From contig NC_086097.1 in the NCBI RefSeq assembly GCF_963921235.1, forward strand, positions 16,554,001 through 16,618,000: a stretch of 64,000 nt of DNA, written 5' to 3'. Source of the stretch: Mobula hypostoma. Lineage: Eukaryota. This document shows positions 12,297 through 25,523 of this stretch, piece by piece (within the stretch, counting starts at the first letter, position 1; every line of letters starts with the position of its first letter). The notes under the pieces were generated by a model. That model saw nothing but the letters and a program-made list of their open reading frames with translations, ran no database searches and had not been told where the DNA came from. The position numbers were made by a program, and so were the translations under genes.

Positions 12297-14375
12297 AATT
12301 CTATCTCCTGTGATCATAATTCTATCTCTTTTAACATAGGTTTGGAGAGGGATAGGAACAGACAAGTTAGGAAAGCATTTTATTGGAGTAAGGGGAAATA
12401 TGAAGCTATCAGGCAGGAACTTGGAAGCATAAATCGGGAACAGATGTTCTCAGGGAAATGTACGGCAGAAATGTGGCAAATGTTCAGGGGATACTTGTGT
12501 GGTGTTCTGCATAGGTACGTTCCAATGAGACAGGGAAAAGGTGGTAGGGTACAGGAACCATGGTGTACAAAGGCTGTTGAAAATCTAGTCAAGAAGAAAA
12601 GTAAAAGGTTCAAAAGACAAGGTGATCATAGATATCTAGAAAATTATAAGGCCAGCAGGAAGGAGCTTAAAAATGAAATCAGGAGAGCCAGAAGGGGCTA
12701 TGAGAAGGCCATTGGCGAGCAGGATTAAGGAAAACCCCAAGGCATTCTACAAGTATGCGAAGAGCAAGAGGATAAGATGTGAGAGAATAGGACCAATCAA
12801 GTGTGACAGTGGAAAAGTGTGTATGGAACTGGAGGAGATAACGGAGGTACTTAATGGATACTTTGCTTCAGTATTCACTATGATAAAGGACCTTGGCAAT
12901 TGTAGGGATGACTTACAGCGGACTGAAAAGCTTGAGTACATAGGCACGAAGAAAGAGGATGTGCAGGAGCTTTTGGAAAGTATATAGTTGGATAAGTCAC
13001 CAGGACCGAACGAGATATACCCCAGGCTACAGTGGGAGGGAAGGGAGGAGATTGCTAAGCCTCTGGCAATGATCTTTGCATCATCAATGGGGACAGGAGA
13101 GGTTCTGGAGGATTGGAGGGTTGCATATGTTGTTACCTTATTCAAGAAAGGGAGTAGAGACAGCCCAGGAATTTTTTGAGGAAGTGACTGAACACAATGA
13201 TGAAGGTTAGAGCAGAAGATGTAGTGCATATGGATATCAGCAAGGCATTTGATAAGATACCCCATGCAAGGCTTATTGAGAAAGTAAGGAGGCTTTGTGG
13301 ATCCAGAATTGGCTTGTCCACGGAGGGTAAACAGTGGCTGTGGACGGGTCATATTCTGCATGGAGGTTGGTGACCAGTGGTATGCCTCAGGGATCTGTTT
13401 TGGGACCTCTTCTCTTCATGAATTTTATAAATGACCTGAATGAGGAAGTGGAGGGATGGATTAGTAAATCTGCTATTGACACAAAGGTTGAGGGTGTTGT
13501 GGATAGTCTGGAGGGCTGTCAGAGGTTAGAGTGGGACATTGATAGGATACAAAAATGGACTGACAAGTGGCAGATGGAATTCAACCCAGATAAGTGTGAG
13601 GTGGTTCATTTTGGTAGGCCAAATATGATGGCAGAATATAGTATTAATGGTAAGACTCCTGGCAGTGTGGAGGATCAGAGGGATCTTGGGGTCTGTGTCC
13701 ATAGGACACTCAAAGCTGCTGCACAGGTTGACTATGTGGCTAAGGCGTTATATGGTGTAATGACCTTCATCAACCATGGGATTGAGTCCAGAAGCCGAGA
13801 GATAATGTTACAGCTGTATAGGACCCTGGTCAGACCCCACTTGGAGCACTGTGCTAAGTTCTGGTCACCTCAGTACAGGAAGAATACGGAAACTATAGAA
13901 AGGGTGCAGAGGAGATTTACAAGGATGTTGCCTGGATTGGGGAGCATGCCTTATCAGAATAGATCGAGTGAACATCGCCTTTTTCTCCTTGGAGCAACGG
14001 AGGATGAGAAGTGACCTGATAGAAGTGTATAAGATGACGAGAAGCATTGATCGTGTAGGTAGTCAGAGGCTTTTCCCCAGGGCTGAAATGGCTAACACGA
14101 GAGGGCACAGTTTTAAGATGCTTGGAAGTAGATGCAGAGGGGATGTCAGGGGTAAGGTTTTTACGCAGAGAGTGGTGAGTGCGTGGAATGGGCTGCCAGT
14201 GACTATGGTGGAGGTGGATATAATAGGGTCATTTAAGAGACACCTGGATAGGTACATGGAGCTTAGAAAAAGGGCTATGGGTAACCCTAGGTAATTTCTA
14301 AAGTACGTACATGTTCGGCATAGCATTGTGGGCCCTAGCACCTGTATTGTGCTGTAGATTTTCTATGTTTCTACA
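12297..14375 (+). mobile_element. CR1 LINE, 5'-truncated, with an internal deletion near 13170
   Basis: ORFs 12207..14294 carry KSPGP..IYPR, PQGSVLGPLLF, WQMEFNPDKC and LVRPHLE.C. Confidence 0.92.
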
Positions 14376-14502
14376 AGCTTAATTTTGATCTTGAAATACA
14401 TCTCTGACATCTACAACTATATGATCTTCAAGCTTGAATGACCAGGGAACATTATTATATGTACAATGTGGAGTTCATTTGCTTTTATTTTGAAGCACGT
14501 AC

Positions 14503-14622
14503 CTTCTTTTTAATTCGTTTGCCACTGTCTGGATCCTTCACCACTTTCTCCACTTCAGTCATGAAGTAATCATCCAAGCTGAGAACCCGTGGTGCAGCTC
14601 CTCCATTGTCTACCTCCTTATC
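14503..14622 (-). CDS. YLPM1: YLPM1 coding exon ~13 (DKEVDNGGAAPRVLSLDDYFMTEVEKVVKDPDSGKRIKKK)
   Basis: Acceptor ttcatttttag, donor AAG|GTACGT, 120 nt, phase 0/0. Contains the LSLDDYF motif of the kinase-like domain. Confidence 0.96.
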
Positions 14623-15289
14623 CTAAAAATGAAAGAAATGCAAACTAAATACTTAAGATGATAAGCTAATGCAGAGTCTGTGCAAAGAAGATCTAATTGT
14701 TTAGTTTAATATGATTATGCTTAAGAGCAAATTAATCCTTAACTTTGCATAATGAAGTGCCCACACCACTCAATAAAACAACTATTTAATCACTTAAATT
14801 TATTGTCACGAGTACAAAGCGATACATGAATTAGTACATTCAATCTCTGCTGACAAACACTACATATGACAAATTATTTTTAAGATCCAATTATGCACAG
14901 CAAGGTGCAAAGATTTTTAAGAAATACCTGATTAAATAATGTGTGCGTAACTTCTGCCAAGATACTCGTAAGTCAGTAGACATCGTGTCTTGGAACTACC
15001 TTTCAGATAGCCAGCATCAGCAGTTGTTTTGATTTTCAAGGCAAATATCCTGCCTGTTTAATATCCCCATTGCTAAGGCAATGAATTTTACAGTTAAGTG
15101 TCAGAGTAATACAGCACAAAAGGTCCATGCCTACCCCACAGTGCTCTCCCTGTTCGTTCCAGTTGCTCACATTTGGCCCATTACCCTCCAAATCATTCCC
15201 GTCCACATACCTACCCCACTGCCTCTTAAATGTTGCAATTGTACCTGCCTCGACTAATGCCTCTGGAACTTCATTCCAAGCAATGGTGC

Positions 15290-16355
15290 CACACACGAGA
15301 CTGCCTAACAAGCTTCAAGCCCATGGTATTACAGGAAAGACTCTAGCATGGATAAGGCAGTGGCTAACTGTCAGGAAGCAAAAAATGGGAATAAAGGGAA
15401 CTGTTCTGATTGGCTGCCAGTGACTAGTGGTGTTCAACGGGGGTTTGTGTTTGGACCAATTCTTTTTACATTATATGTCAATGATTTGGATGATTGAATT
15501 GATGACTTTGTTGTAGTTTTCAGATGATATGAAGATAGGTGGAGGGGCAGATAGTTTTGAAGAAGTAGAGAGGTTACCAAAGGACTTAGAGTAGGGGAAT
15601 AGGCAAAGAAATGGCAGATGGAATCATGTCAGGAAGTGTATGGTCATAAACTTGGGTAGAAGAAATGAAAGGGTTGACTATTTTCTAAATGGAGAGAAAG
15701 TACAAAAAACTGAGGTGAAAACTGAGTCTGTGGTCAAAAAGGCAAATGCAATGTTAGCATTCATTTCGAGAGGACTAGAATATAAAAGCAAGGATGTAAT
15801 GTTGAGACTTTATAAAGCACTAGTGAGCCCTCACTTGGAGTACTGCGAGCAGTTTTGGACCTCTTATCTTAAGAAAGGATGTGCACAAACTGGAGGAGAT
15901 TCAAAGAAAGTTCACAAAGATGATTCCAGGATTGAATGGCTTGACATTATGAGGAGTGTTTGTTGGCTGTCGGCACGTATTCACATTAATTCAGAAGAAT
16001 GAGGAGTGACCTCATGGAAACCTATTGAATGTTGAAAAGCCTTGATATGGTAGATGTGGAGATGATGTTTCCCTTGGTGGAAGAGTCAGCCTCAGAATAG
16101 AGGGGCATCCTTTTAGAAGAGGAGGAATTTCTTTAGCCAGAGAGTGGTGAGTCTGTGGAATTCTTGCCATTGGCAGCTTGGAGGCCAAATCTTTATGAAT
16201 ATTTAAGGCAGAGGCTGATAGATTCTTGATTGATCAGGGCACGAAGGGATATGGCGAGAAGGCAGGGGATTGGGGCTGAGAGGAAAATTTGAATCAACCA
16301 CGATGGAATGGTGCAGCAGACTCAATAGGCCTAATTCTGCTCCAATATCTTATAG
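15290..16355 (+). mobile_element. CR1 LINE 3' fragment
   Basis: Peptides HGITGK.LAWI and LYKALV.PHLEYC. Tail ctaattctgctccaatatcttat. Confidence 0.88.
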
Positions 16356-16356
16356 C

Positions 16357-18237
16357 CAATAGACAATAGGTGCAGGAGTAGGCCGTTTGGCCCTTTGAGT
16401 CAGCACCGCCATTCACTGTGAGCATAGCTGATCAACCACAATCAGCACCCTTTTCCTGCCTTCTCCCCACATCCCTTGACTCCACTATCTTTAAGAGCTC
16501 TATCTAACTCTTTCTTGAAAGCATCCAGAGAATTGGCCTCCACTGCCTTCTGAGGCAGAGCACTCCACAGATCCACAACTCTCTGGGTGAAAAAGTTTTT
16601 CCTCAACTCTGTTCTAAATGGCCTAACCCTTATTCTTAAACTGTGGCCTCTGGTTCTGGACTCCCCCAACATCGGGAACATGTTTCCTGCCTCTAGCGTG
16701 TCCAATCCCTTAATAATCTTATATGTTTCAATCAGATCCCCTCTCATCCTTCTAAATTCCAGTGTACACAAGCCCAGTCGCTCCAATCTCTCAACATATG
16801 ACAGTCCCGCCTTCCTGGGAATTAACCTCGTGAACCTATGCTGCACTCCCTCAACAGCAAGAATGTCCTTCCTCAAATTTGGAGACCAAAACTACACACA
16901 ATGCTCCAGGTGTGGTCTCACCAGGGCCCTGTACAACTGCAGAAGGACCTTTTTGCTCCTATACTCAACTCCCCTTGTTATGAAGGCCAACATGCCATTA
17001 GTTTTCTTCACTGCCTGCTGTATCTACATGCTTACTTTCAGTGACTGATGAACAAGGACACCAAGATCTCCTTGTACTTCCCCTTTTCCTAACTTGACAC
17101 CATTCAGATAGTAATCTGCCTTGTTCTTGCCACCAAAGTGAATAATCTCACATTTATCCACATTAAACCGCATCTGCCACGCACCTGCCCACTCACCCAA
17201 CCTGTTCAAGTCATCCTGCATTCTCATACCATCCTCCTCACATGTCACACTGCCACCCAGCTTTGTGTCATCTGCAAATTTGCTAATGTTACTTTTAATC
17301 CCTTCATCTAAATCATTAATGTATATTGTAAATAGCTGCGGTCCCAGCACCGAGCCTTGCGGTACCCCACTAGTCACTGCCTGCCATTCTGAAAGGGACC
17401 TGTTAATCCCTACTCTTTGTTTCCTGTCTGCCAACCAATTTTCTATCCATGTCAGTACCCTACCCACAATACCATGTGCTCCAATTTTGCCCACTAATCT
17501 CCTAGGTAGGACCTTATCAAAGGCTTTCTGAAAGTCCAGGTACACTACATCCACTTGCTCTCCCTTGTCTATTTTCATAGTAACATCCTCAAAAAAATTC
17601 CAGAAGATTAGTCAAGCATGATTTCCCCTTTGTAAATCCATGCTGACTCAGACTGATCCTGTTACTGCTATCCAAATATGCCGCTATTTCATCTTTTATA
17701 ATTGACTCCAGCATCTTCCCCACCACTGATGTCAGGCTAACTGGTCTATAATTCCCTTTTCTCTCTCCCTCCTTTCTTAAAAAGTGGGATAACATTAGCT
17801 ACCTTCCAATCCACAGGAACTGATCCTGAATCGATAGAACATTGGAAAATGATTACCAATGCATCCATGATTTGTGGGCATGTGGCCAAGTGGTTAAGGC
17901 ATTGGACTAGTGACCTGAAGGTCGTGAGTTCGAGCCCCAGCCTAGGGAATGTGTTGTGTCCTTGAGCAAGGCACTTAATCACGCATTGCTCTGCAACGAC
18001 ACTGGTGCCAAGCTGTATGGGTCCTAATGCCTTCCTTCCCTTGGACAACATCAGTGTCGTGGAGAGGGGAGACTTGCAGCATGGGCAACTGCTGGTCTTC
18101 CATACAACCTTGCCCAGGCCTGCGCCCTGGAGAGTGAAGACTTTCCAGGTGCAGATCAATGGTCTTGCAAGACTAACGGATGCCTTTACTTGCCACGATT
18201 TCTAGAGCCACCTCCTTAAGTACACTGGAATGCAGAC
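16357..18237 (-). mobile_element. CR1 LINE (RT to 3' end), interrupted by a SINE
   Basis: ORFs 16442..16876, 17024..17578 and 17589..17795 (SGVPQGSVLGPQLF, KFADDTK). Confidence 0.93.
17874..18192 (+). mobile_element. tRNA-derived SINE with CORE-like body
   Basis: A box TGGCCAAGTGG, B box GAGTTCGAGCC, CORE-like GTGTCCTTGAGCAAGGCACTTAA. 9-bp TSD ccatgattt (17865-73) / ccacgattt (18193-201). Confidence 0.9.
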
Positions 18238-21000
18238 CTTTGTCTACCCTGCTTGGTATTTCCTCGAAAAACTCCAACAGATTTGTCAGGTAAGATTTCC
18301 CTTTACAGAAACCATGCTGACTTTGACTTATTTTATCATTAGTCTCCAAGTACCCTGAAACTTCATCCTTAATAATAGACTCTAACACTTTCCCACCCAC
18401 TGAGGTTAGGCTAACTGGCCTATAATTTCCTTTCTTTTGCCTTCCTCCCTTCTTAAAGAGTGGAGAGATATTTCCAATCTTCCAGCCCTCTGGGGCCATA
18501 CAAGAATCAAGTGATTATTGAAAGATCCTGACCAATGCATCCATTACCTCTTCAACAACTGCTCTCAGGACTCCGGGCTGTAGTCCATCTGGTCGAGGTG
18601 CCTTATTTGCCTAACAACGGCACTCACTCCTGCTCTCTGATACTCATGGACCTCTGGCATACAGTTAGTGTCTTCCCCATGAAGACAGATGCAAAATCCC
18701 CATTATTGTACTGAGAGGATCCCAATCCACCTACTGGTTTTTTTTGGCTCTCCTCCATTATGTCTTGTTTAAGTTTGGGAAAATAAGGAGTCGGACGTTT
18801 GACACATCTTCTAAATTTGAGCAAACTTGGCAACTTTTTATTCAATATTTTCATATGATCCAATTCTTTTACTTTTTCAGTTAACTTCTTTTCTTCTCCG
18901 CGAAGTTTTAGATTTGACCAGAAGGATTTTTCCTTTTTTTTAAACTGTATCCTCAAAATGGACTGCCCAGTCCCTTTTTTTTTATTTGTTTTAGGTTAGT
19001 TTAGTGGGTTTTTTTTCTCAATAACAGAAATCTTGAGTCTTCTTTTCTATGAACTGTTAAGAGGAGAAATGGTTCTTTTCTTTCTTTATATTAGCTTAAT
19101 ACTATACATGATTTTGACAGTGTATATTCCTTTCTTTGTACTATTATTGAAATATGTATTTGAGATAACCTCTCCTCTGGTTTGTATTTATCCTTATTCT
19201 TTTAAATCCATAAAAAAGATTGAAAGTGAAGTTCATCTGCCATTTCTTTGTCCCCCATTACTACCTCACCAGCATCATTTTCCAGTTCTCACCTCTTTAT
19301 ATAACTGAAAAAAATTTTGGTATCCTATTTTATATTGTTGGCTAGTTTGCTCTCATACTTCATCTTTTCCCTTCTTTTAGCTTTTTTAGTTGCCTTTTGT
19401 TAGATTTTGAAAGCTTCCCAATCATCCAATTCCCCCTGACTTTTGCTACCTGATATGCCCTTTCCTTGGCTTTTATGTAGCCCGTAACTTCCCCTGTCAG
19501 CCACAGTTGTCTACCCGTCATTTGAGAACAAATTCTTCTGTGGGACATATCTATCCTGCGCCCTGTGAACTATTCGCAGGAACTTTAGCCACCTCTGCTT
19601 TGCTGTCATTCCCACCAGTATCCTCCCCCAGTCCACCCGGGCAAAGTACTCTCTCATGCCTCTGTAACTCCCTTTACTCCATTGCGATTCTGATACATGT
19701 GACTTATGTTTCTAAAATACAGCATGAATTCACTCATATTATGATCACTGCCTCCTCAGGGTTTCTTTACATTAAGCTTTCTAATACGATCTGGGTTATT
19801 ACAGAACACCCAATCTAAGATAGCCTTCCCCTGAGTAGCCTCAAGCACATCTCATAGGCATTCAACAAATTCCCTCTCCTGTGATCCGACACCAATCTGA
19901 TTTTCCCAATCCCCTTGCATACTGGTCTCCCATTACAACTGTGTCATTACCCTTATTACATGCCTTTTCCAGCTCCCTTTGCAATCTCAACCCCACATCT
20001 TGGCTACTATGTGGAGGCCTATATATGATTCCCATAATGGTTTTTTAACCCTTGCAATTTCTTAACTCCATCCACAAAAATGCAACCTTCTCTGACCCTA
20101 TGTCACTTCTTTCTAAAGATGTAATTCCATCTCTTACTAACAGAGTCACACTACCACATATGCCTTCCTGCCTGTCCTTTTGATACTAAGAATATCCTTT
20201 GATGTTAAGCTCCCAACTATGGCCTTTCTGCCACGACTCAGTGATACCCACATCATACCAACCAATCTCTAATTGCGCCACGAGTTCATCCACCTTATTC
20301 TGAATGCTACGTGCTTTTATATAGAACACTTTCAGTCTTGCATTCTTCCCCCTTTTGAATTTTGTCTCTGTGGTACAATTTAACTCTTTGTTCTGTCGAC
20401 ATTTGTACCCAATCATTGGCTTGACCTTCCTTACATTCATGTTACATTCATCATCTACTTGTAAACCTGCTGGCTCATCCTCAGCTCTATCATACTGGTT
20501 CCCATCCCCCTGCCGTATTAGTTTAAACCACTCCCAGCAGTTCTAGTAAACCTGCTTGCAAGAATAGTGGTCCTCCTCGGATTCAAGTGCAACCTGTCCC
20601 ATTTGTACAGCTCACACCTGCCCTAGAAGAGGTCCCAAATAACCAGAAATCTGATTCCCTGCTCCCTGTTCCAATTCTTCAGCCACACATTTATCTGCCA
20701 TTTCATTCCATTCCCATCCTCACTGTTGCGTGGCACAGGCAGAAATCCTGAGATTACTGCCCATGAGGTCTTGCTTCTCAGCTTCCTTCATAACTCTGTC
20801 TTCTTTTATCAGGACGTCCTCCCTTTTTCTACCATGTCATTAGTACCAATATTTACCATAACTTCTGGCTACTCACCCTCCCTTTTCAGGAAATTGTAGA
20901 TGTGTTCAGAAACATTTTCACATCCACAGAATCACCTACCTGTCCCCCTGACTATAGAGTCCCCTATTACTGCTTCCATCCTCTTCAGTTACCTACCCTT
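18238..21000 (-). mobile_element. CR1 LINE 5' portion (EN and early RT), lacking its 3' half
   Basis: ORF 20186..20440 (ARSIQNKVDEL...GITESW, EN) and ORF 18173..18499 (NYRPVSLTSV). Same subfamily as 5135-8127. Confidence 0.85.
18707..19230 (+). mobile_element. L1-clade LINE 3' fragment inserted in CR1
   Basis: Degenerate ORF2 C-terminus (DPNPPT..WLSSIMSCLSL..IRSRTFD..SKFEQTW), followed by a T-rich 3' UTR and an A-rich end. Confidence 0.75.
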
Positions 21001-21399
21001 CTGAGCTAGTCATAGTCATAGTCATACTTTATTGATCCCGGGGAAATTGGAGACTCAGTGCCACAGGCTTCCCATAGATAGTCCCTAATGACCCTACTCC
21101 TAAACTTGATATCCTGACTGAAAAGACTCACATGCTGAATGCATTCTTCACCACCCTGTCTACTTGCATGGCTGCTTTCAGCAATGAGTGTAGTGGGACA
21201 GAGGAACATACTCACATATATGGGAGAATACTGGCTGAATGCCCGCAGTCTTCCATTGATTCTATTATGGTTATTATTCTGTCATGGATTTATTGATTAT
21301 GCCCATAAGAAAATTACTCAGGGTTGTATATGGTGACATATATGTACTTTGATAATAAATTTACTTTGAACTTTAAATCTACTTTGAACATTCCACAAC

Positions 21400-22900
21400 A
21401 CTCACCAGTGCCCTGCCATTCAATCTGTAAGTCCTACCCTGGCTTGAAATATCCAAAAAGCATTACCTCACACTTATTCAAGTTGAAATCCATTTGCCAT
21501 TCCTCATCCCATCTCCTTAACTGATTAAGATCTCTTTGCAATTCACTGTAACCTGCTTGTAATCAGCAAATTCCCCTAATTTAATATCATCGGCAAATTT
21601 GCTAATCTTTCCTTGTACGGACATATCCAAATTGTTTAATTTTATAATGAATAACAGCGGTCCCAACACTGATCCCTGGGACATCCCGCTCATCACAGGC
21701 CTTGAGTCCGAGAATCAAATTCAACTATCACCCTCTGCTCCCTATCATCAAGCCAATTCTGAATCCACCTTGACAGCTCCCCTGAACCCGTTGACCTAAT
21801 CTTCTAGATCAGACTCCCAGGTGGGATCTTGTCAAAGGCCTTACAAATGTCCATGTAGACAACAGTCACTGCCGAACTTTCATCTATCCCCTTAGTTATC
21901 TCTATAGAAAACGCCAATAGATTTGTCAGATATGATCTCCCACACACAAAACTATGCCATTCCTGATCAGGCCTAGACTATCCAAGTGATAGTGGATCTT
22001 GTCCCTCAGAATTCCTTCCAGTAACTTCCTTACAAATGAAGTCAGCCTCACCAGCCTGTAGCTCTCTGGATTATCCTTACTACCCTTGAACAATGGAATA
22101 ACATTAGCTACCCACCAGTCTTCTGGAACTTTTTTTTAGTGGCCAACAACAATGCAAATATCTCTACAAGTGCCTCCGCTATTTCTTCCCGGGCTTCCCA
22201 TGAGGTCTGGGGATGTACTTGGTCAAGCTCTTGGGTTTTGCCCACCTTAATTCATTTCAAGAATACAAATAGCCCCTTCCTCGTTATATGCCTGTTCTAA
22301 GACCTCAATACCTGCTGAGTTCCTCCAGCATTTTGTGTGCATTACTTATTACTCTCACTTCTTTAGCACCCATGTTATTTTGTTTTAGCAAACTCTGAAA
22401 AGAAATAGGCATTAAAAATCTGGCATTACCTGTGGTTCCACACAGAGGCCCCTGATGGCCTTTAAGAGGACCTAGTCTCTCCATAGTCACTCTTCTACTG
22501 TTAATATAACTGAAGAATTATCTTTAAGCTTGCCTGCTAAATCAATTTCAGAGGCTTTTTGCCCATATGATTTCTCTTTTAAGGGAGGGATTCATTTGCA
22601 CTCAGCTGCCTAAAAGTGATGTACACTTTTTTCATGACCAGAGCCTCAATATCTCCTGTCAGCCAGGGTTTCTTGAATTTGATGTGTCTACCTTCACCCT
22701 AACAGGAATGTGCTGGCCATAGAGTTTTTACATGACCCTTTTAAAAGGTTCCAACTTGCCAACTGTTCTTTTGCCTTTAAATATAGTTGCCCAATTGACT
22801 CCAGCTAGATCCTGATCCAGTTCAGGACTTGAACCTCTGGAGCTATTCTATTGTTTTCCGTAACTATTTTAAAACTAACAGAATTATGGTCACTGGATCC
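21400..22900 (-). mobile_element. Old CR1 LINE fragment
   Basis: Degenerate cccagggatcagtgttgggacc (PQGSVLGP) and KFADD remnants. Confidence 0.75.
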
Positions 22901-23504
22901 AGAGTTCCCCAGTGCCAGCTCAGTTGCTTGGCCCTCCTTGATCCCTCAGGAGCTCCTTGCCAAGTAGGTATATATTTATCTACATATATATTGTGAGAGT
23001 AAACTATAATGAATGCATAGCGTAAGTTCAATCCCATCCAGGGTCTTTGAACTCTGTGTGGCCTTGTCAATACAGGAAAACTGAAACTCTCCCCCTAGCA
23101 CTACCCTACTATTCTCACAACTGTGCTCATTTCCTTGACGTCTCCGCTCGTCAATTTCCCAATGATAATTTGTAGAAGCTGGATACTCTCCAGAAAACTT
23201 AAGCCAGGAGTTTATACCTTGTGCACCCTGAACAATTTACAGTACATCAGTTTTTAAGATTGATCAATAAGGATACATACGCATGTCCAGACACAAGCTG
23301 CTGATAGCAAGGGAAAAATACAGTATATTTCCCAATATATCCTTTCCTAATTAGAAGTGCGAAGGTAAATTGCACATTCCGACGTGACCCCTTTTGCTCT
23401 GTGTAATACAAATTATGTACTCTCACAAGTATTAAGGGATCTCCTATACAATGCTTCCAAAGAGGATAAAATTTTAATATTTTTCTATCAAAAGAGGTAC
23501 TTAC

Positions 23505-23567
23505 ACGAATGAGTTTTGCAACATGTGTCTTCCCACTGCCAGGGAGTCCTCGCATAATAACTACAAT
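23505..23567 (-). CDS. YLPM1: YLPM1 coding exon ~12, P-loop (IVVIMRGLPGSGKTHVAKLIR)
   Basis: Acceptor ttattacag, donor CGT|GTAAGT, 63 nt. Walker A motif GLPGSGKT. Confidence 0.96.
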
Positions 23568-23689
23568 CTGTAATAAATCAGGAAAAATAATGAAAGCAAT
23601 GTTCAAAGTTATTGTACAGACATGAACGTGCTCCAGGCCTTTGGGAAAATAGACGGTATTTAACTACGAAGTGATTCAAGTGCAGGCCT

Positions 23690-24110
23690 TACTATAGTTA
23701 TAAGGGAATGATGAGACCACACATGGAATAATGGTGTACAATTCTGGTCTTCTTACCTAAAAAAGGATAGACATACTAAGACAGAGTGCAGCAAAAGTTA
23801 GCTCCTGGAATGGCAGGTTGCAGTATAATGACAGGTTAAGTCAGCTATGCCATTAATCACTGGAGTTTAGATGGTTAGGAGGTAACCAGATAAAACTCAC
23901 CAAATTCTTAGGAGGGCTGTATAGGATAGATACAGTAAAGATGTTTTCCCATGCTGGAGAGCCAAGAAATCGGAGCCATGGTCTAAAATTAGAGCTGGGT
24001 AATTTCTGACCGAAGTGAGAAATTTCTTCACATTGATGGTGGGGTATCTCTAGAATTCTCTACCTCAGAGGGCTGTGCAGTTTCTGTCAGTAACTGAGCG
24101 TGATTTATTT
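23690..24110 (+). mobile_element. Old CR1 3' fragment
   Basis: Remnants of RPH.E..VQFWS, SLEFR.LG and RNFFT. Confidence 0.65.
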
Positions 24111-24692
24111 TTTGGTAGAGCAAAGCTTCAATAACCAGCTGCATAATTTTTGAGAAATCCAGATGTTTTGCCGCCTCGCACCATTTCCCATGTTCCCTTT
24201 AATCTCATTTGGGCCCCATCTCCTGCACTGCTTTTAAACTCACTGCGACTCCATTCCCCATGCTTAAATATGCCAGGTTCACTGGAAAATATATATAATT
24301 GTATATGACCTAAACAAAATGTGTAAATTATAAATTTGTTGAGATAACAATAGGAGGATTCAAACCAATTTGTGCATAAAGGTCTCATGATCTTCAGATT
24401 TGTAATACAAGTAATTGCCATGTGTAATGTTAGTTTAGAGATTAGTACATGGCATGATGCTAAGAAATCTATAATGTTCTACTGGTGCTTTGATTATGGA
24501 CTTAAGACTCTGCAGGTCTTTGAAAACTAACTTCATTGACTCCAGAGGAAGGGTTTGACTGAAATTTATTTCATTGCATTTCTATCACGTAGCTTCAAAA
24601 TTATACTCAAACATTACATAGAACTGGTTAACTCAACTTCCATATAAGATGCTATGACTACAAAACACATGAAACAGATCAACTTAACTCAC

Positions 24693-24838
24693 CCTATCAG
24701 GGCGACTTTGTCTGCCAGGCATTTTTAGAATATCATCAACATTTTTGCTTTCTGGTTTTTTTTCAACACGTGGAGGAGGATGTGCTGGATGAGGGGCTGA
24801 GGCAGGTATCCTCTCATCAGAATATCCTCTTCTTTCAC
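24693..24838 (-). CDS. YLPM1: YLPM1 coding exon ~11 (GERRGYSDERIP...PRVEKKPESKNVDDILKMPGRQSRPDR)
   Basis: Acceptor atatttcag, donor AGG|GTGAGT, 146 nt, phase 1/0. Confidence 0.95.
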
Positions 24839-25523
24839 CTGAAATATTTGGAAATTGATGAGATTTGACTTAGCCCATAGTGACAAATTAGCTTAAGAGT
24901 AAAGATAAAAAAGATATAAAATGGCCCTCAGCTCATCAATCAGAATACGATATCAAGAAAATAATGTTATATGACAGATCAAATAATTCAAAAGGCTCAA
25001 AACTTCTCAAAACTAGTACAGCCATATCAGGAATATATACAATCCCAAATTACCATCACTAAAACACCACCTAACTAACAATACATTCAATTGCAATGAT
25101 AGCTAAAATGAAAAAGTGGCACTCATGTAAATTTAGATAATGATAGAAAAGAGCACAGGCAAGAAATTATGGAGGGATTGCTTTCCCCAATGGCTGACTT
25201 AAAGAGTGCAATATAATGGATTCATTCTGAGATTTTACTCCTACCTAGAGATGGTTCCAACATAACTGAATCTATCATCAAAATATGAATTTCTAATCGT
25301 ACTATTGAGCGCAATTTAGTAGCACAAGGACCTTAAACTGCCAATACATCTGAAATCACACGAATAGCCAAAAATGAACATTTAATGCAACAGTTTGATG
25401 CAGATCTGGTGTAACACACTTATTTAATTGTACTCAGGTGAGCTGTCATACAGTTAGTATTGCAAATTACCAATTCATGAATGTGAATCATGAACATATT
25501 ACTAATAGTTCTACAATAGTTAC

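Noticed and set aside
17874..17945. tRNA-like sequence
   Set aside because: It is the head of a TSD-flanked SINE, with no proper acceptor stem or Pol III terminator.
24244..24281. Possible 38-nt poison exon in intron 11 (ttttccag|TGA...GCA|GTGAGT)
   Set aside because: The polypyrimidine tract is weak and there is no other support. Such pseudo-exons arise often by chance.
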